Source of the DNA: Patescibacteria group bacterium
GTDB lineage: Bacteria; Patescibacteriota; Patescibacteriia; UBA10025; JAHIVO01
NCBI GenBank assembly: GCA_043808365.1
Contig: JAZDEZ010000015.1
Coordinates: forward strand, 20,683-84,682
DNA: 64,000 nucleotides
Direction of reading: 5' to 3'
Positions within the stretch are counted from its first letter, which is position 1; every line of letters begins with the position of its first letter. The notes beneath the pieces were generated by a model. The model did no database searches. It was not told the DNA's origin and was given only the letters and a program-made list of their open reading frames with translations. The position numbers were made by a program, and so were the translations under genes. Of the stretch, positions 27,027 through 36,532 are shown in pieces.

Positions 27027-28346
27027 ATGAATGCGCAAACTACACTCGTATCGCCGAATGAACTGAAAGACTCTGCCCTGTCGGTCAAAGCGCGGCTCGA
27101 TGGGTACCAGGTGGGTTTCGGCGAGGACAGGCGATTTATGTCGCTGGTCAGTCCGGCCCCGTACCTGATCTCAACTGACGACCACCAGACGTTGAAAAAG
27201 CGCGGCCACGTGATCCGCCAATGGGTCGAGACGACAAACCGCCTCTACCACGCGTCGCTCACTGATCCGTCGCTATTCTGGCTCCGTGACCTGCTGGAAA
27301 CCGGACTCAACGACGAAATGCGAGCCATCCATCGTCAGCTCCACGCCAAGCAGCCGATGCGCGCCCCGTTCTTCATGCGGATGGACCAGCCGACATTTAC
27401 CTGCGCCGCAGAAGCGCAGACTCCCGGCTCCGGCTGGGGGTACCACGCCGCGCTGGCCACCTGCTACGAGGAATATACCGTCCTCGGAAGATCATTCGTC
27501 GCCAGAGTCGCTCACACATTGCGGGAACTGACGGGTAAGGATCGTCCACGCGTGGTGCACCTGCTGCATAAAGTCGATTATTACGGCACTGAAGCAACAT
27601 TCTTTGCCCAAGCTATCCGAGCCGCTGGCATTGATTTCACTATCAGTGTCAGAACCATTCCTGAAAATATCAAAACCTATGACGTTGTTTTCCGCCACTA
27701 CTTGGAGGAACTCGGTCAATACTCTGGTTGGCAGAATCTGTTGGGACTGTACGATCGCGGCGGCATCGAAATCGAACCTGCTCCTAACATCATCACCGAC
27801 CATAAGATCTCTATGATGCTACCGTTCCATCCGAGGACGTTCATGTATTATTCGGATGCCGTACGCTCCATTTTCCCGGCGACGTACCTGGTCGACCCGT
27901 ACGCTACCTACCAGATGCGCATCAGTAATAACTATGCGCACCCGGTCAGGCTAAGCAACCTGCCAGGCATCCCGCCGAAACAGCGCCGGCTGACGCTGAA
28001 GTACGCAGGCATGGATCCTCAAAAACGCGCCGGCGGGCGGGGAGTGTTCAACCTATCCATGAGCGATGAAGCTGAAATCAATCGGCTCCTCCAGCAGGTC
28101 ATTGATGACACCTACAACGGCATACCATGGCTGCTTCAGGAAATGGTGTTGCGGCGGTATCCGGTTACATACCTATCGGCTGAAGGCGCCATCGCCAACG
28201 ACCAGTGGTACGCCCGCATCAACCCGTTCTATGCCTTTCCGGCATCCGGCGGGAGTGAACTGCTCGGATGCCCCGTGCATTTCCGGAATTTCTGGAAAGT
28301 GCATGGGCAGCCGGACGCGGTGGAAACAATCATGGCAATTGCTTGA
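27027..28346 (+). CDS. Hypothetical protein, possibly a glutathionylspermidine-synthase-like (circularly permuted) ATP-grasp ligase.
   Basis: RMDQPTFTCAAEAQTPGSGWGYHAAL resembles the R-x-D...E-x-N-A-D-T-P motif of GSP-synthetase/YgiC-like ATP-grasp proteins. This is a weak, motif-only call. Confidence 0.35.
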   Translation: MNAQTTLVSPNELKDSALSVKARLDGYQVGFGEDRRFMSLVSPAPYLISTDDHQTLKKRGHVIRQWVETTNRLYHASLTDPSLFWLRDLLETGLNDEMRAIHRQLHAKQPMRAPFFMRMDQPTFTCAAEAQTPGSGWGYHAALATCYEEYTVLGRSFVARVAHTLRELTGKDRPRVVHLLHKVDYYGTEATFFAQAIRAAGIDFTISVRTIPENIKTYDVVFRHYLEELGQYSGWQNLLGLYDRGGIEIEPAPNIITDHKISMMLPFHPRTFMYYSDAVRSIFPATYLVDPYATYQMRISNNYAHPVRLSNLPGIPPKQRRLTLKYAGMDPQKRAGGRGVFNLSMSDEAEINRLLQQVIDDTYNGIPWLLQEMVLRRYPVTYLSAEGAIANDQWYARINPFYAFPASGGSELLGCPVHFRNFWKVHGQPDAVETIMAIA

Positions 28347-28370
28347 TTGTTACACACAAAAAACAGGGCG

Positions 28371-28438
28371 GCAGTAGGACTTAGGAAATAACCACGAAGT
28401 TAGAATCCATTAAGTCCTATTGCTCGCCCTGCCTAAAA
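28371..28438 (+). repeat. Long hairpin (~18-bp stem, ~30-nt loop) after the 27027 gene. It may be a terminator or structured RNA.
   Basis: GGGCGGCAGTAGGACTTA ... TAAGTCCTATTGCTCGCCC inverted repeat with one mismatch. Confidence 0.4.
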
Positions 28439-28519
28439 ACTAAGCTATTCCACTGTTCACGTCAAGTCTAGATAGGCAAAAGGATTTTCCGATGGCGTGC
28501 TTTTTTATTAAAAATAGTC

Positions 28520-28688
28520 GCGCACCCAGAGACAGGTGCGCTCGGAGGATATTCATTATCCTACCTCACCCATCTGAATCCAACATCCAACCACTAACTT
28601 CCTAACCAACTTCTTACCCTCCCCCTTATAGCTCCCATAGCTCTTCTATCCCCACTAACTACTAACCTACTAATGGCTAGCTACTAGC
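28520..28688 (+). repeat. Copy B of the pyrimidine-rich intergenic element. Its tail overlaps the last codons of Elp3.
   Basis: GCGCACCCAGAGACAGGTGCGC hairpin after a T-run, then ATCCTACCTCACCC...CATCCAACCACTAACTTCC...CTAATGGCTAGCTACTAGC, collinear with copy A. Confidence 0.5.
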
Positions 28689-30250
28689 TTCCTCACCATA
28701 TACGTCTTTTCCAACCGGTACCCCAGCTTCCGATAGTACTCACGCACCCCGATTCCTGAAATGACAGCCATTTTTATATAACCTTTTTTCTTCGCGATAC
28801 GTTCTGCTTCAACCAATAACCGCTTGCCAAAACCGATGTGCTGGACTGCTTTTTTCTTCCCGCCGATTGGCATTAGCTCCCCGTACGTATGCAATTCGCG
28901 TATTAACGCAGTCTCATCATCAAACGCACCAATAAAACGTTTTGCCGGAGCTGGCAGCCACAACCGGATAAAGGCGTATAGTTTTTTCTCGTCTTTGCTT
29001 TCAAAACTGATAAAATGCTCCTCGCCTGCTCCAGCCCTATAAACACGCTCTTTCAGTTTTACCTGATTTTGTTTAACGATCTCTTTTCGCGCCTCACGGC
29101 AACGGATGCATTTGCATTTCACCCCACGCTCCTGCAGCAACTGGCGCAAGTTCGTGGTCATGTTGCCAGCCACGATGTCCGGACCGGGAATATCACGGAT
29201 CAAACGGTTGATACGTACATAGGGTGGCATGATGCCTTTTATTTTTATCAGCAACTCCACTAATTGCTTATTGCTATACGGCTTATACCTGCCCTGCTGG
29301 TACCACTGATACAATAAAGAATTTTTCACCACCAAGCAGGGATATATCTTCAGCATATCCGGCTGGAACCGTGAATCGCCGAAAACTATTTTGAATGTAT
29401 CAAAATCTTTCTTCGGCGTGGCGCCAGGCAAACCGGGCATCAGATGATACGTGAACTTGAATCCGAACGCACGCAACAATGACGTAGCACGAGCAATATT
29501 ATCCAGCGTGTCATCCCGTTTGACCAGATCTAAAATGTCCTGATGCAGCGTCTGCACCCCGATCTGCACGTGCGTGCATCCCAGCTCGCGCATCCGCCAC
29601 AGCTCGGCCGAGGTCACGTGGTCAGGCCGCGTTTCCAAACTCAAACCGATAATCCGATGCTTTGCAGTTTCATTGATCTTCTGCGCCTTTTGAAGTGTCT
29701 TTGCCGTAGACTGTAGTCGGCAGTCCGTCGCCTCATTCGCCGCGTCAAAACACCGCTTAATAAACCATGTCTGGTAATCGTGCGGGTAATGCGACCACGT
29801 CCCTCCCAAGACAATCAGCTCAATCTTATCCGCGCTATGGCCATTGGCCTCCAGCGTGGCAATGCGCATTTTTACCTGCTGATACGGGTCGAACTTCAGG
29901 CTCAACCCCCTTTGCGCGGCCGGTTCGGATGACAGGTAGCTTTTCGGCATCCTGGCTTCTGTCGGGCAGTATACGCATCGGCCCGGGCACGGATAGGGTT
30001 TTGTTAATACGGTGACTGGCGCCACGCCGGACAGCGTCCTGATTTCGCGCTTGCGCAATAGCCGCAACAGCCGCTGGTCGGGGTTTTTTATTCCCTGCTT
30101 TCGGTACTGCCCCAGTATCTCGGAATTGGGTATAATGGTGGTGCGGTATTTAGTGGCCAACAAACGCTTGGCCTGACGGACCGCGGCAACCGTCTCTGGC
30201 TTGGCTCGTACGAAATCACGCGTATATTTTTGCAAAGTTTTCTTATTCAT
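28670..30250 (-). CDS. Elp3-family protein (radical SAM + GNAT), the bacterial homolog of the tRNA U34 carboxymethyltransferase.
   Basis: Radical-SAM cluster CPGRCVYCP, and a C-terminal GNAT domain (GYIKMAVISGIGVREYYRKLGYRL). 526 aa. Confidence 0.8.
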   Translation of the reverse strand: MNKKTLQKYTRDFVRAKPETVAAVRQAKRLLATKYRTTIIPNSEILGQYRKQGIKNPDQRLLRLLRKREIRTLSGVAPVTVLTKPYPCPGRCVYCPTEARMPKSYLSSEPAAQRGLSLKFDPYQQVKMRIATLEANGHSADKIELIVLGGTWSHYPHDYQTWFIKRCFDAANEATDCRLQSTAKTLQKAQKINETAKHRIIGLSLETRPDHVTSAELWRMRELGCTHVQIGVQTLHQDILDLVKRDDTLDNIARATSLLRAFGFKFTYHLMPGLPGATPKKDFDTFKIVFGDSRFQPDMLKIYPCLVVKNSLLYQWYQQGRYKPYSNKQLVELLIKIKGIMPPYVRINRLIRDIPGPDIVAGNMTTNLRQLLQERGVKCKCIRCREARKEIVKQNQVKLKERVYRAGAGEEHFISFESKDEKKLYAFIRLWLPAPAKRFIGAFDDETALIRELHTYGELMPIGGKKKAVQHIGFGKRLLVEAERIAKKKGYIKMAVISGIGVREYYRKLGYRLEKTYMVRKLVASH

Positions 30251-30970
30251 ATGGACGAACGTTTTGCGGAAAAATTAATGGCTATGAACGCGACGACCTA
30301 TCAGGCTATTGCTGACCAGTTTTCTGCCACCCGAAAATTCATCTGGGAAGATTTCAAGCCTTTGATGGAATATATAGCTATTGGCGAGAAAGTGCTCGAT
30401 GCCGGGTGCGGTAATGGCCGGCTCTATGAGTTATTGAAAGAAAAACACGTAGAGTATGCCGGCCTGGATTTGAGCGGCGAACTTATCGCCATCGCGAAGC
30501 GTCAATATCCCGAGTTAAAATTCATTGCTGGTAACATTCTGGATCTGCCGTTCCCGCCCGGTTCGTTTGACGTTGTTTTTTGCATTGCCACGCTTCATCA
30601 CCTGCCCACAGAGAAACTGCGCGCACAGGCCATCCGACAATTCTACAAAGTCCTGCGTCCAGATGGACGGCTGGTCATGCTAAACTGGAACCTGCTGGCC
30701 TCGAATTGGTGGCTGATCCATGCAAAAATACTTTGGCAGCGAATCATTGGCAAAGGGCGTATTTCATTCCCTGACGTCATCAAACTCTGGAAAAATGAAT
30801 CCGGGGCCGTAGTCGGCCGTCGCTATATTCATGGATTCCGCACATCGGAACTGTCAACACTATTGGACCATAATGGCTTCTCACAGGTACAGCAATATTA
30901 CACTAAAAAAGGCCATCCGGCTACGCGGCGGACCGGCTACAACCTTATTACTATAGCCAAAAAGGCTTGA
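30251..30970 (+). CDS. Class I SAM-dependent methyltransferase (Trm9/UbiE-like motif I).
   Basis: VLDAGCGNGRLYELL motif I and the post-I acidic GLDLS. Start taken at ATG 30251, which directly abuts the complement of the Elp3 start codon. The listed ORF begins at 30230. Confidence 0.6.
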   Translation: MDERFAEKLMAMNATTYQAIADQFSATRKFIWEDFKPLMEYIAIGEKVLDAGCGNGRLYELLKEKHVEYAGLDLSGELIAIAKRQYPELKFIAGNILDLPFPPGSFDVVFCIATLHHLPTEKLRAQAIRQFYKVLRPDGRLVMLNWNLLASNWWLIHAKILWQRIIGKGRISFPDVIKLWKNESGAVVGRRYIHGFRTSELSTLLDHNGFSQVQQYYTKKGHPATRRTGYNLITIAKKA

Positions 30971-31062
30971 TGCTTCGCCGCGAGGCGAGCCGAAGGGTTG
31001 AAAATGAACGAAAAAAATGATACCGTATATTCATATTATGCGCTAATTTTTAATATCTATTT

Positions 31063-32409
31063 ATGAACATCAACGCGAAAATCTTCAAGTCATACGACAT
31101 CCGCGGCATCTACCCCGCCGACCTGAACGAAGATACCGCTTACCTGGTCGGCCAGGCATTTGCCCAGCTGACCAAGGCTAAAAAAGTGGTGGTCGGACGG
31201 GATATGCGCCTGGGTTCGCCAACGCTCACTGAAAAGCTTGTCGCCGGCCTCATGAGCCAAGGCGTTGACGTGGATAATATCGGGCAAGTGCCGATTGACG
31301 CCGTATATTTCGCCACGGGCAAGTTTGACTATGACGGTGGTATTATGACTACGGCTTCGCATAACCCCAAAGAATACAACGGCTTCAAGATGGTTATCAA
31401 GAAAGGCAAAAGTTTGCAGTGGATCAGGGGCATTGAACTGTACGAGTTCATGTGCGACAAAACTTTCTCCGCGGCATCCCAGCCTGGCTCAACGAAAGAC
31501 AGGGATATTATTGAGGATTATCTCCAGCATATCTTGTCTTTCGTTGACGTAAAAAAAATAAAGCCCTTCAACATCGTGGTCGACGCCGGCAATGGTATGG
31601 CCGGCAAAATAATGCCGTTGCTCTTTAAGCGCCTGCCCTGCCGCCTGATCCCCCTCAACTTCGAGCTGGATGGGAACTTTCCCGGCCATCCCTCAAATCC
31701 ATTGCTGCCGGAATCACAGGTCCAGATCAAAAAAAAGGTGGTTGAAGCTAAGGCTGATTTCGGCATTATCATGGACGGTGACACGGACCGGCTGTTCTTC
31801 ATAACCGAACAGGGCGAATTCATCCGGGCCGATTCCACGCTTCTTATCCTGGCAAAATTTTTCATCGAGAAAAATCCCGGCGCTGGCATTGCTTACAATG
31901 TCATTTGCAGCAAGGCCGTGCCCGAGCGGATCAGAGAGTGGGGCGGCCGGCCGATCCGCAGTCCCGTGGGTTTTGCCAACCTGGCCGAAGCCATGCGGCG
32001 CGAGAATGGCGATATGAGCGGCGAACTCTCGGCCCATTACGCCTTTAAAGACAACTACTACGCCGATTCCGGTTTCATCGCTTTCGTCATCCTTTTAAGC
32101 TTGATTTCAGAGCATAATAAGCCGCTCTCGGCCATGACTGCCGGACTGAACCCATACGCCAAGGCGGATGAAGTCAATATTGAAGTGAATAACATTCCTA
32201 AAATAATCGCCATGGTCAAGGCCAAATACCAAGATGGCAAGCAGGACGAAATGGACGGCGTCACGATCGAATATCAGGACTGGTGGGTCAATGTCCGGCC
32301 GTCAAACACCGAACCGCTCCTGCGAATAACGCTTGAGGGGAATACCAAAAAAATAATGCTGCAAAGACTGGCAGAGGTCCAGGACTTCATTAAAGGAGTG
32401 GCCAAATGA
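31063..32409 (+). CDS. Phosphomannomutase/phosphoglucomutase (alpha-D-phosphohexomutase).
   Basis: Active-site loop TASHNPKEYNGFK, Mg site DGDTDR, sugar-binding GELSAHY. Confidence 0.8.
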   Translation: MNINAKIFKSYDIRGIYPADLNEDTAYLVGQAFAQLTKAKKVVVGRDMRLGSPTLTEKLVAGLMSQGVDVDNIGQVPIDAVYFATGKFDYDGGIMTTASHNPKEYNGFKMVIKKGKSLQWIRGIELYEFMCDKTFSAASQPGSTKDRDIIEDYLQHILSFVDVKKIKPFNIVVDAGNGMAGKIMPLLFKRLPCRLIPLNFELDGNFPGHPSNPLLPESQVQIKKKVVEAKADFGIIMDGDTDRLFFITEQGEFIRADSTLLILAKFFIEKNPGAGIAYNVICSKAVPERIREWGGRPIRSPVGFANLAEAMRRENGDMSGELSAHYAFKDNYYADSGFIAFVILLSLISEHNKPLSAMTAGLNPYAKADEVNIEVNNIPKIIAMVKAKYQDGKQDEMDGVTIEYQDWWVNVRPSNTEPLLRITLEGNTKKIMLQRLAEVQDFIKGVAK

Positions 32410-33071
32410 TTAAGGCGATCGCTTTCGACCTCGACGGCGTCCTGATTGACTCCGAGCCGCTTTGGGAACGATCGACATGGGAGTATGTAAAAAATAAATG
32501 CGGAACGACGCACCGGCGCCAATTCCGGTCACGCGACCTTGACCGGGAAGTCCGCGGCCGTACCCAGCGGTACATCAGCACGTATCTCAAGCGACACCTA
32601 TCGTTACCCGACTCGCCCCAGCAAATCGTAAAGGACAGGCTTCAGATGCTTTTTGACCTTTTTAACAAACGCCTGACAATGGCCCCGGGCGGCCTGGCAC
32701 TCTTGAAATTATTGAAAAAGAGTAAATACCCAGTAATTCTCGCCTCGTCATCCCCGCGACGGGTAATTGACTTCGTCATGCGTCGTTTCCTGTTAAAAAA
32801 ATATTTTGTAAAAATTATATCTGGGGATGACATGAAATACAGCAAGCCGCATCCTTGGGTGTATAAGCAAGCCGCGAAAATCTTGCACGTCAAACCTGCC
32901 GAAATGCTAGTCATTGAGGACTCGATCAGCGGCGTCCAGGCCGGTCTGAAATCCGGGGCAAGAGTCATTGCCATGAAAAAGCCTTACACGCCCAAAAAAT
33001 ATACCAAAGACGCGATACGCGTGATTAAAAGCCTCAATCAACTCTCGCTTGAACAAATTCAACGCCTTTAA
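32406..33071 (+). CDS. HAD-superfamily hydrolase (beta-phosphoglucomutase-like subfamily).
   Basis: Motif I AIAFDLDGVLIDSE, and the later motifs (ASSS, K...EDSISG). It overlaps the previous gene by ATGA. Confidence 0.7.
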   Translation: MIKAIAFDLDGVLIDSEPLWERSTWEYVKNKCGTTHRRQFRSRDLDREVRGRTQRYISTYLKRHLSLPDSPQQIVKDRLQMLFDLFNKRLTMAPGGLALLKLLKKSKYPVILASSSPRRVIDFVMRRFLLKKYFVKIISGDDMKYSKPHPWVYKQAAKILHVKPAEMLVIEDSISGVQAGLKSGARVIAMKKPYTPKKYTKDAIRVIKSLNQLSLEQIQRL

Positions 33072-33188
33072 CAATTCCAACATCTTCAACGTCATAAACA
33101 GTTTCAACAATTTGAACGGTTTCAACATCTTCAACATTTTCTTCCCACTAACTACTAATGGCTAACTTACTAATTACTAACTAACTAG
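33072..33188 (+). repeat. Partial copy C of the pyrimidine-rich element (CAACATCTTCAAC repeats plus stop-rich tail).
   Basis: TCCAACATCTTCAACGTCAT...TTCAACATCTTCAAC...CCCACTAACTACTAATGGCTAACTTACTAATTACTAACTAACTAGCC, ending immediately before the murI ATG. Confidence 0.35.
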
Positions 33189-33191
33189 CCC

Positions 33192-33986
33192 ATGATCGGC
33201 GTATTTGATTCCGGCATCGGCGGCCTCACCGTCGTTAAAGAATTAGAAAGGCAATTGCCAGACGAGCAAGTCCTTTATTTCGGCGACACGGCCCGGACGC
33301 CATACGGCAATAAAAGCCCGGGCACTATTGTCCGCTACGCATTGCAGGATGCCGACTTCTTGGCGCAGAAAAGCGCGGACTGCATCATTATCGCCTGCAA
33401 CACGGCCTCAGCCGTCGCGGCCGAACAAGTGGCTGACGCGTTTACCGACCTCCCGGTTTTTGAAGTGATCACGCCAGCGGTGCGGGCATCCGTCGCGGCG
33501 ACAAAAAACGGGCAGATCGGCGTCATCGGCACCCGGACAACAATTGCCAGCGATGTATATTCCAAAAAAATCAGCGCTGCCGATAAAAACATCACGGTCA
33601 CTGGCCAAGCCTGCCCGCTTTTTGTCCCCCTCGCGGAAGAAGGCTGGCTCGATACGCCGGAAACATTAATGATTGCCAAACATTATTTACAGCCGCTGCT
33701 CAACCGGCGGGTCGACACCCTTATCCTCGGGTGCACGCATTACCCCCTGTTAAAAAACCTCATTCAGGAAATAGTCGGATCACAGATAACGCTGATCGAT
33801 CCGGCCGAATTAGTCGTGGCGGCACTGTTCAAATATATCCAACGGAAGCCCGCTCTCCGAAAAGCAATGACGCGGGATGAATACGGTTCAGGATACTATT
33901 TCAGCGATACCCCTCCCCATTTGAACCAGCTGATCAAAACGTGGCTTGGGCACTCAGTCAGCGTACACCAGCATATCATCGCATGA
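33192..33986 (+). CDS. murI: Glutamate racemase.
   Basis: GVFDSGIGGLTV, IIACNTAS, LGCTHYP. Confidence 0.85.
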   Translation: MIGVFDSGIGGLTVVKELERQLPDEQVLYFGDTARTPYGNKSPGTIVRYALQDADFLAQKSADCIIIACNTASAVAAEQVADAFTDLPVFEVITPAVRASVAATKNGQIGVIGTRTTIASDVYSKKISAADKNITVTGQACPLFVPLAEEGWLDTPETLMIAKHYLQPLLNRRVDTLILGCTHYPLLKNLIQEIVGSQITLIDPAELVVAALFKYIQRKPALRKAMTRDEYGSGYYFSDTPPHLNQLIKTWLGHSVSVHQHIIA

Positions 33987-34177
33987 AGCTTCACGTTCGT
34001 ATTCGCATCATACCAGCCTACGCTTTAGCTTCGGCGGGTTATCAGCCTCGTTGCGTTGCGGAATCAGCCGTAGCGCAACCCCAGTACTCGATTCGCCTAC
34101 AGACGTTAGAGCCGCCCTCGATCTCTTCCCTGATGCACAGGATCTGCGGCGGAGGCTGATAAAAAAAGCCGGGATTC

Positions 34178-35257
34178 TCATGAACCACCGGCTGTTTCAG
34201 TCGTTGAACCATTGGCATACGGCGCCATTTGTCTGGTGATAACATCCACCATGTTGTTTTGTGCCGCGTGAATGGCCGCTTCAATGGCGTATTTGAACGC
34301 TTCTGGAGTTGAGCGTCCATGAGCTTTGATGACTACGCCATTGACTCCGAGAAATGGCGCCCCGCCGTATTTCTGGTAATCAAAGGTGCGCTTCAATGCC
34401 CCGAGTGTCGGACCAAGAAACACCTTACTAGCAAGAACCCCCCAGACCATTTGATCCGCCCTCCCATTGCGGATAACCCGCTTGAGCATCTTTTCTGCAG
34501 TCGGCTTCAAGCCCTCGACCATTTTTAGGACGACATTACCCGTAAAACCGTCCGTCACGATGACCTGGCACTCGCCGCTTAATATGGCATCGCCTTCGAT
34601 ATTACCGGAAAAAATAAAGGCTCCGCCCTCCGCCAGCTGACACAATAATTGGTGCGTTGCTTGAGCCAGGGCGTTTCCTTTACCGCCCTCGATTCCGACG
34701 TTTATCAGCCCAACACGCGGATCAGATTGACCGAGCACTAATTGAGAGTAGCTTGCCCCCATCAACGCAAATTGCGCTAAATACACCGGTTTGCATTCTG
34801 CGTTCGCGCCAACGTCAAGCACCAAGCTTGGTCGCCCTAGGACCGTGGGAAATGTGGCGGCCAATGCCGGCCTTTGCACGCCCTTGATTCGCTTTAACTG
34901 CAAGAGGCTCACCGCCATAAGCGCTCCCGTATTACCGGCACTGACCAATGCATCGGCACTGCCCGCAGAGACCAGCCTGGCCCCCACATGGATGGAAGAA
35001 TCGAGCTTGCTCCGCGCTACCTCCCCCGGATGTTCCGTTGGAGAAACTATCTGCGTGGCATTTTGGACCCGTAAACGGGAATCGCCATTATGCTTATGCC
35101 GTCCAAGCTCACGCTCTAGAGCTTCTTGACTACCGACCAGCACCAATTCGAAGTCTCCTGACAGCTCCCTTAATGCCAATAAAGCTCCTCGTACCGGGTT
35201 CGCGGGATAATAGTCGCCACCCATCGCATCCACGGCTATCACAATGGCATTAGCCAT
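34178..35257 (-). CDS. plsX: Phosphate acyltransferase PlsX.
   Basis: IAVDAMGGDYYP..., the overall PlsX pattern, and the SD AAAAGGAGGATAAA-ATG. Confidence 0.85.
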   Translation of the reverse strand: MANAIVIAVDAMGGDYYPANPVRGALLALRELSGDFELVLVGSQEALERELGRHKHNGDSRLRVQNATQIVSPTEHPGEVARSKLDSSIHVGARLVSAGSADALVSAGNTGALMAVSLLQLKRIKGVQRPALAATFPTVLGRPSLVLDVGANAECKPVYLAQFALMGASYSQLVLGQSDPRVGLINVGIEGGKGNALAQATHQLLCQLAEGGAFIFSGNIEGDAILSGECQVIVTDGFTGNVVLKMVEGLKPTAEKMLKRVIRNGRADQMVWGVLASKVFLGPTLGALKRTFDYQKYGGAPFLGVNGVVIKAHGRSTPEAFKYAIEAAIHAAQNNMVDVITRQMAPYANGSTTETAGGS

Positions 35258-35464
35258 TTTATCCTCCTTTTCAATTTGCTATTTTACTTCCGCTTATCTT
35301 ACCAATACCTTCAAAAATTGGCAAATAATCTACCTTACGGCAAGCCGCGAAGTATCGGAGCGATGCAAACACGGTTCATGCCCCGACCTCGGAGCAAGCT
35401 CTGTGGTATTAGCGGAGGGGAATAAAAAAGCCCGCCCAAGGTGAACGAGCCTTTTGGATGGATG

Positions 35465-36505
35465 TTATTTCCCGGCTTTCTCCTTTTCCTCGACATCGAC
35501 CGCGGCAAACACCTTTCTCTTTATTTCTTCGATTAGTTTCGGGTTCTGCCTCAAGAACGCCCGCGCGGTTTCGTGTCCGACGCCCAATTTCACCTCACCG
35601 AACGAAAACGTATTGCCGCTTTTCTCGATTACATTATGCAGGACGCCGGCATCCAGCACGTCTCCGGCCAATGAAATGCCTTCATTGTACATGATGTCGA
35701 ATTCGCAGGTGCGGAACGGCGGGGCCACTTTATTCTTAACTATTTTAACTTTCACGCGGTTGCCGATGGATTCTTCGCCTTTCTTGATCTGCGCGGCGCG
35801 GCGCACTTCGATGCGGATCGATGAATAGAATTTCAGGGCCATGCCGCCAGTGGTGGTTTCTGGGTTGCCGAAGAACACGCCGATCTTCATGCGGGTCTGG
35901 TTGATGAACACGACGACGGTTTTTGTCTTACTGACGATGGCGGCTAACTTACGCAGCGCCTGGCTCATTAACCGCGCTTGCAATCCCATGTGCACATCCC
36001 CCATCTCGCCTTCGATCTCTGCCTTAGGCGTCAGGGCGGCCACGGAATCAATAATGACCACGTCGACACCGTTGGAACGGACCAATGTTTCCACGATTTC
36101 CAAGGACTGCTCGCCTGTGTCCGGCTGGGAAATGAGCAATTCGTCGACATTCACGCCGATCTTCCTGGCGTATTCCGGATCCAGGGCGTGTTCAGCATCA
36201 ACGAACGCGGCAATGCCGCCGCGCTTCTGGACCTCGGCTAAAATGTGGAGCGCTAGAGTAGTCTTGCCGGACGCTTCCGGACCGTACACTTCAATAATAC
36301 GGCCCCGCGGCACGCCGCCGACTCCCAGGGCCAAATCCAATGACAAGCACCCAGTGGAAACAGCTTCAACCTTGATCCTTTTTGCTTCGCCCAATCTCAT
36401 GATTGAACCCTCGCCAAAACGTTCCTTGATTTGGGCGATGGCCTCATCGGCCGCCCGCCCTTTGGCATTCATGGAATTTTTTTCTATAGCTTTCGGCATA
36501 TGCAT
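35465..36505 (-). CDS. recA: Recombinase A.
   Basis: Walker [24 protein letters not shown], and the L1/L2 loops. Confidence 0.9.
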   Translation of the reverse strand: MHMPKAIEKNSMNAKGRAADEAIAQIKERFGEGSIMRLGEAKRIKVEAVSTGCLSLDLALGVGGVPRGRIIEVYGPEASGKTTLALHILAEVQKRGGIAAFVDAEHALDPEYARKIGVNVDELLISQPDTGEQSLEIVETLVRSNGVDVVIIDSVAALTPKAEIEGEMGDVHMGLQARLMSQALRKLAAIVSKTKTVVVFINQTRMKIGVFFGNPETTTGGMALKFYSSIRIEVRRAAQIKKGEESIGNRVKVKIVKNKVAPPFRTCEFDIMYNEGISLAGDVLDAGVLHNVIEKSGNTFSFGEVKLGVGHETARAFLRQNPKLIEEIKRKVFAAVDVEEKEKAGK

Positions 36506-36532
36506 ATCAAATTAGTTATTAAAATGGGAAGA

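Noticed and set aside
35258-35464. Expected rpmF (L32) upstream of plsX.
   Set aside because: Translating the minus strand gives only a 16-codon ORF with no L32 motif. The region holds the plsX SD and a recA terminator-like hairpin instead.
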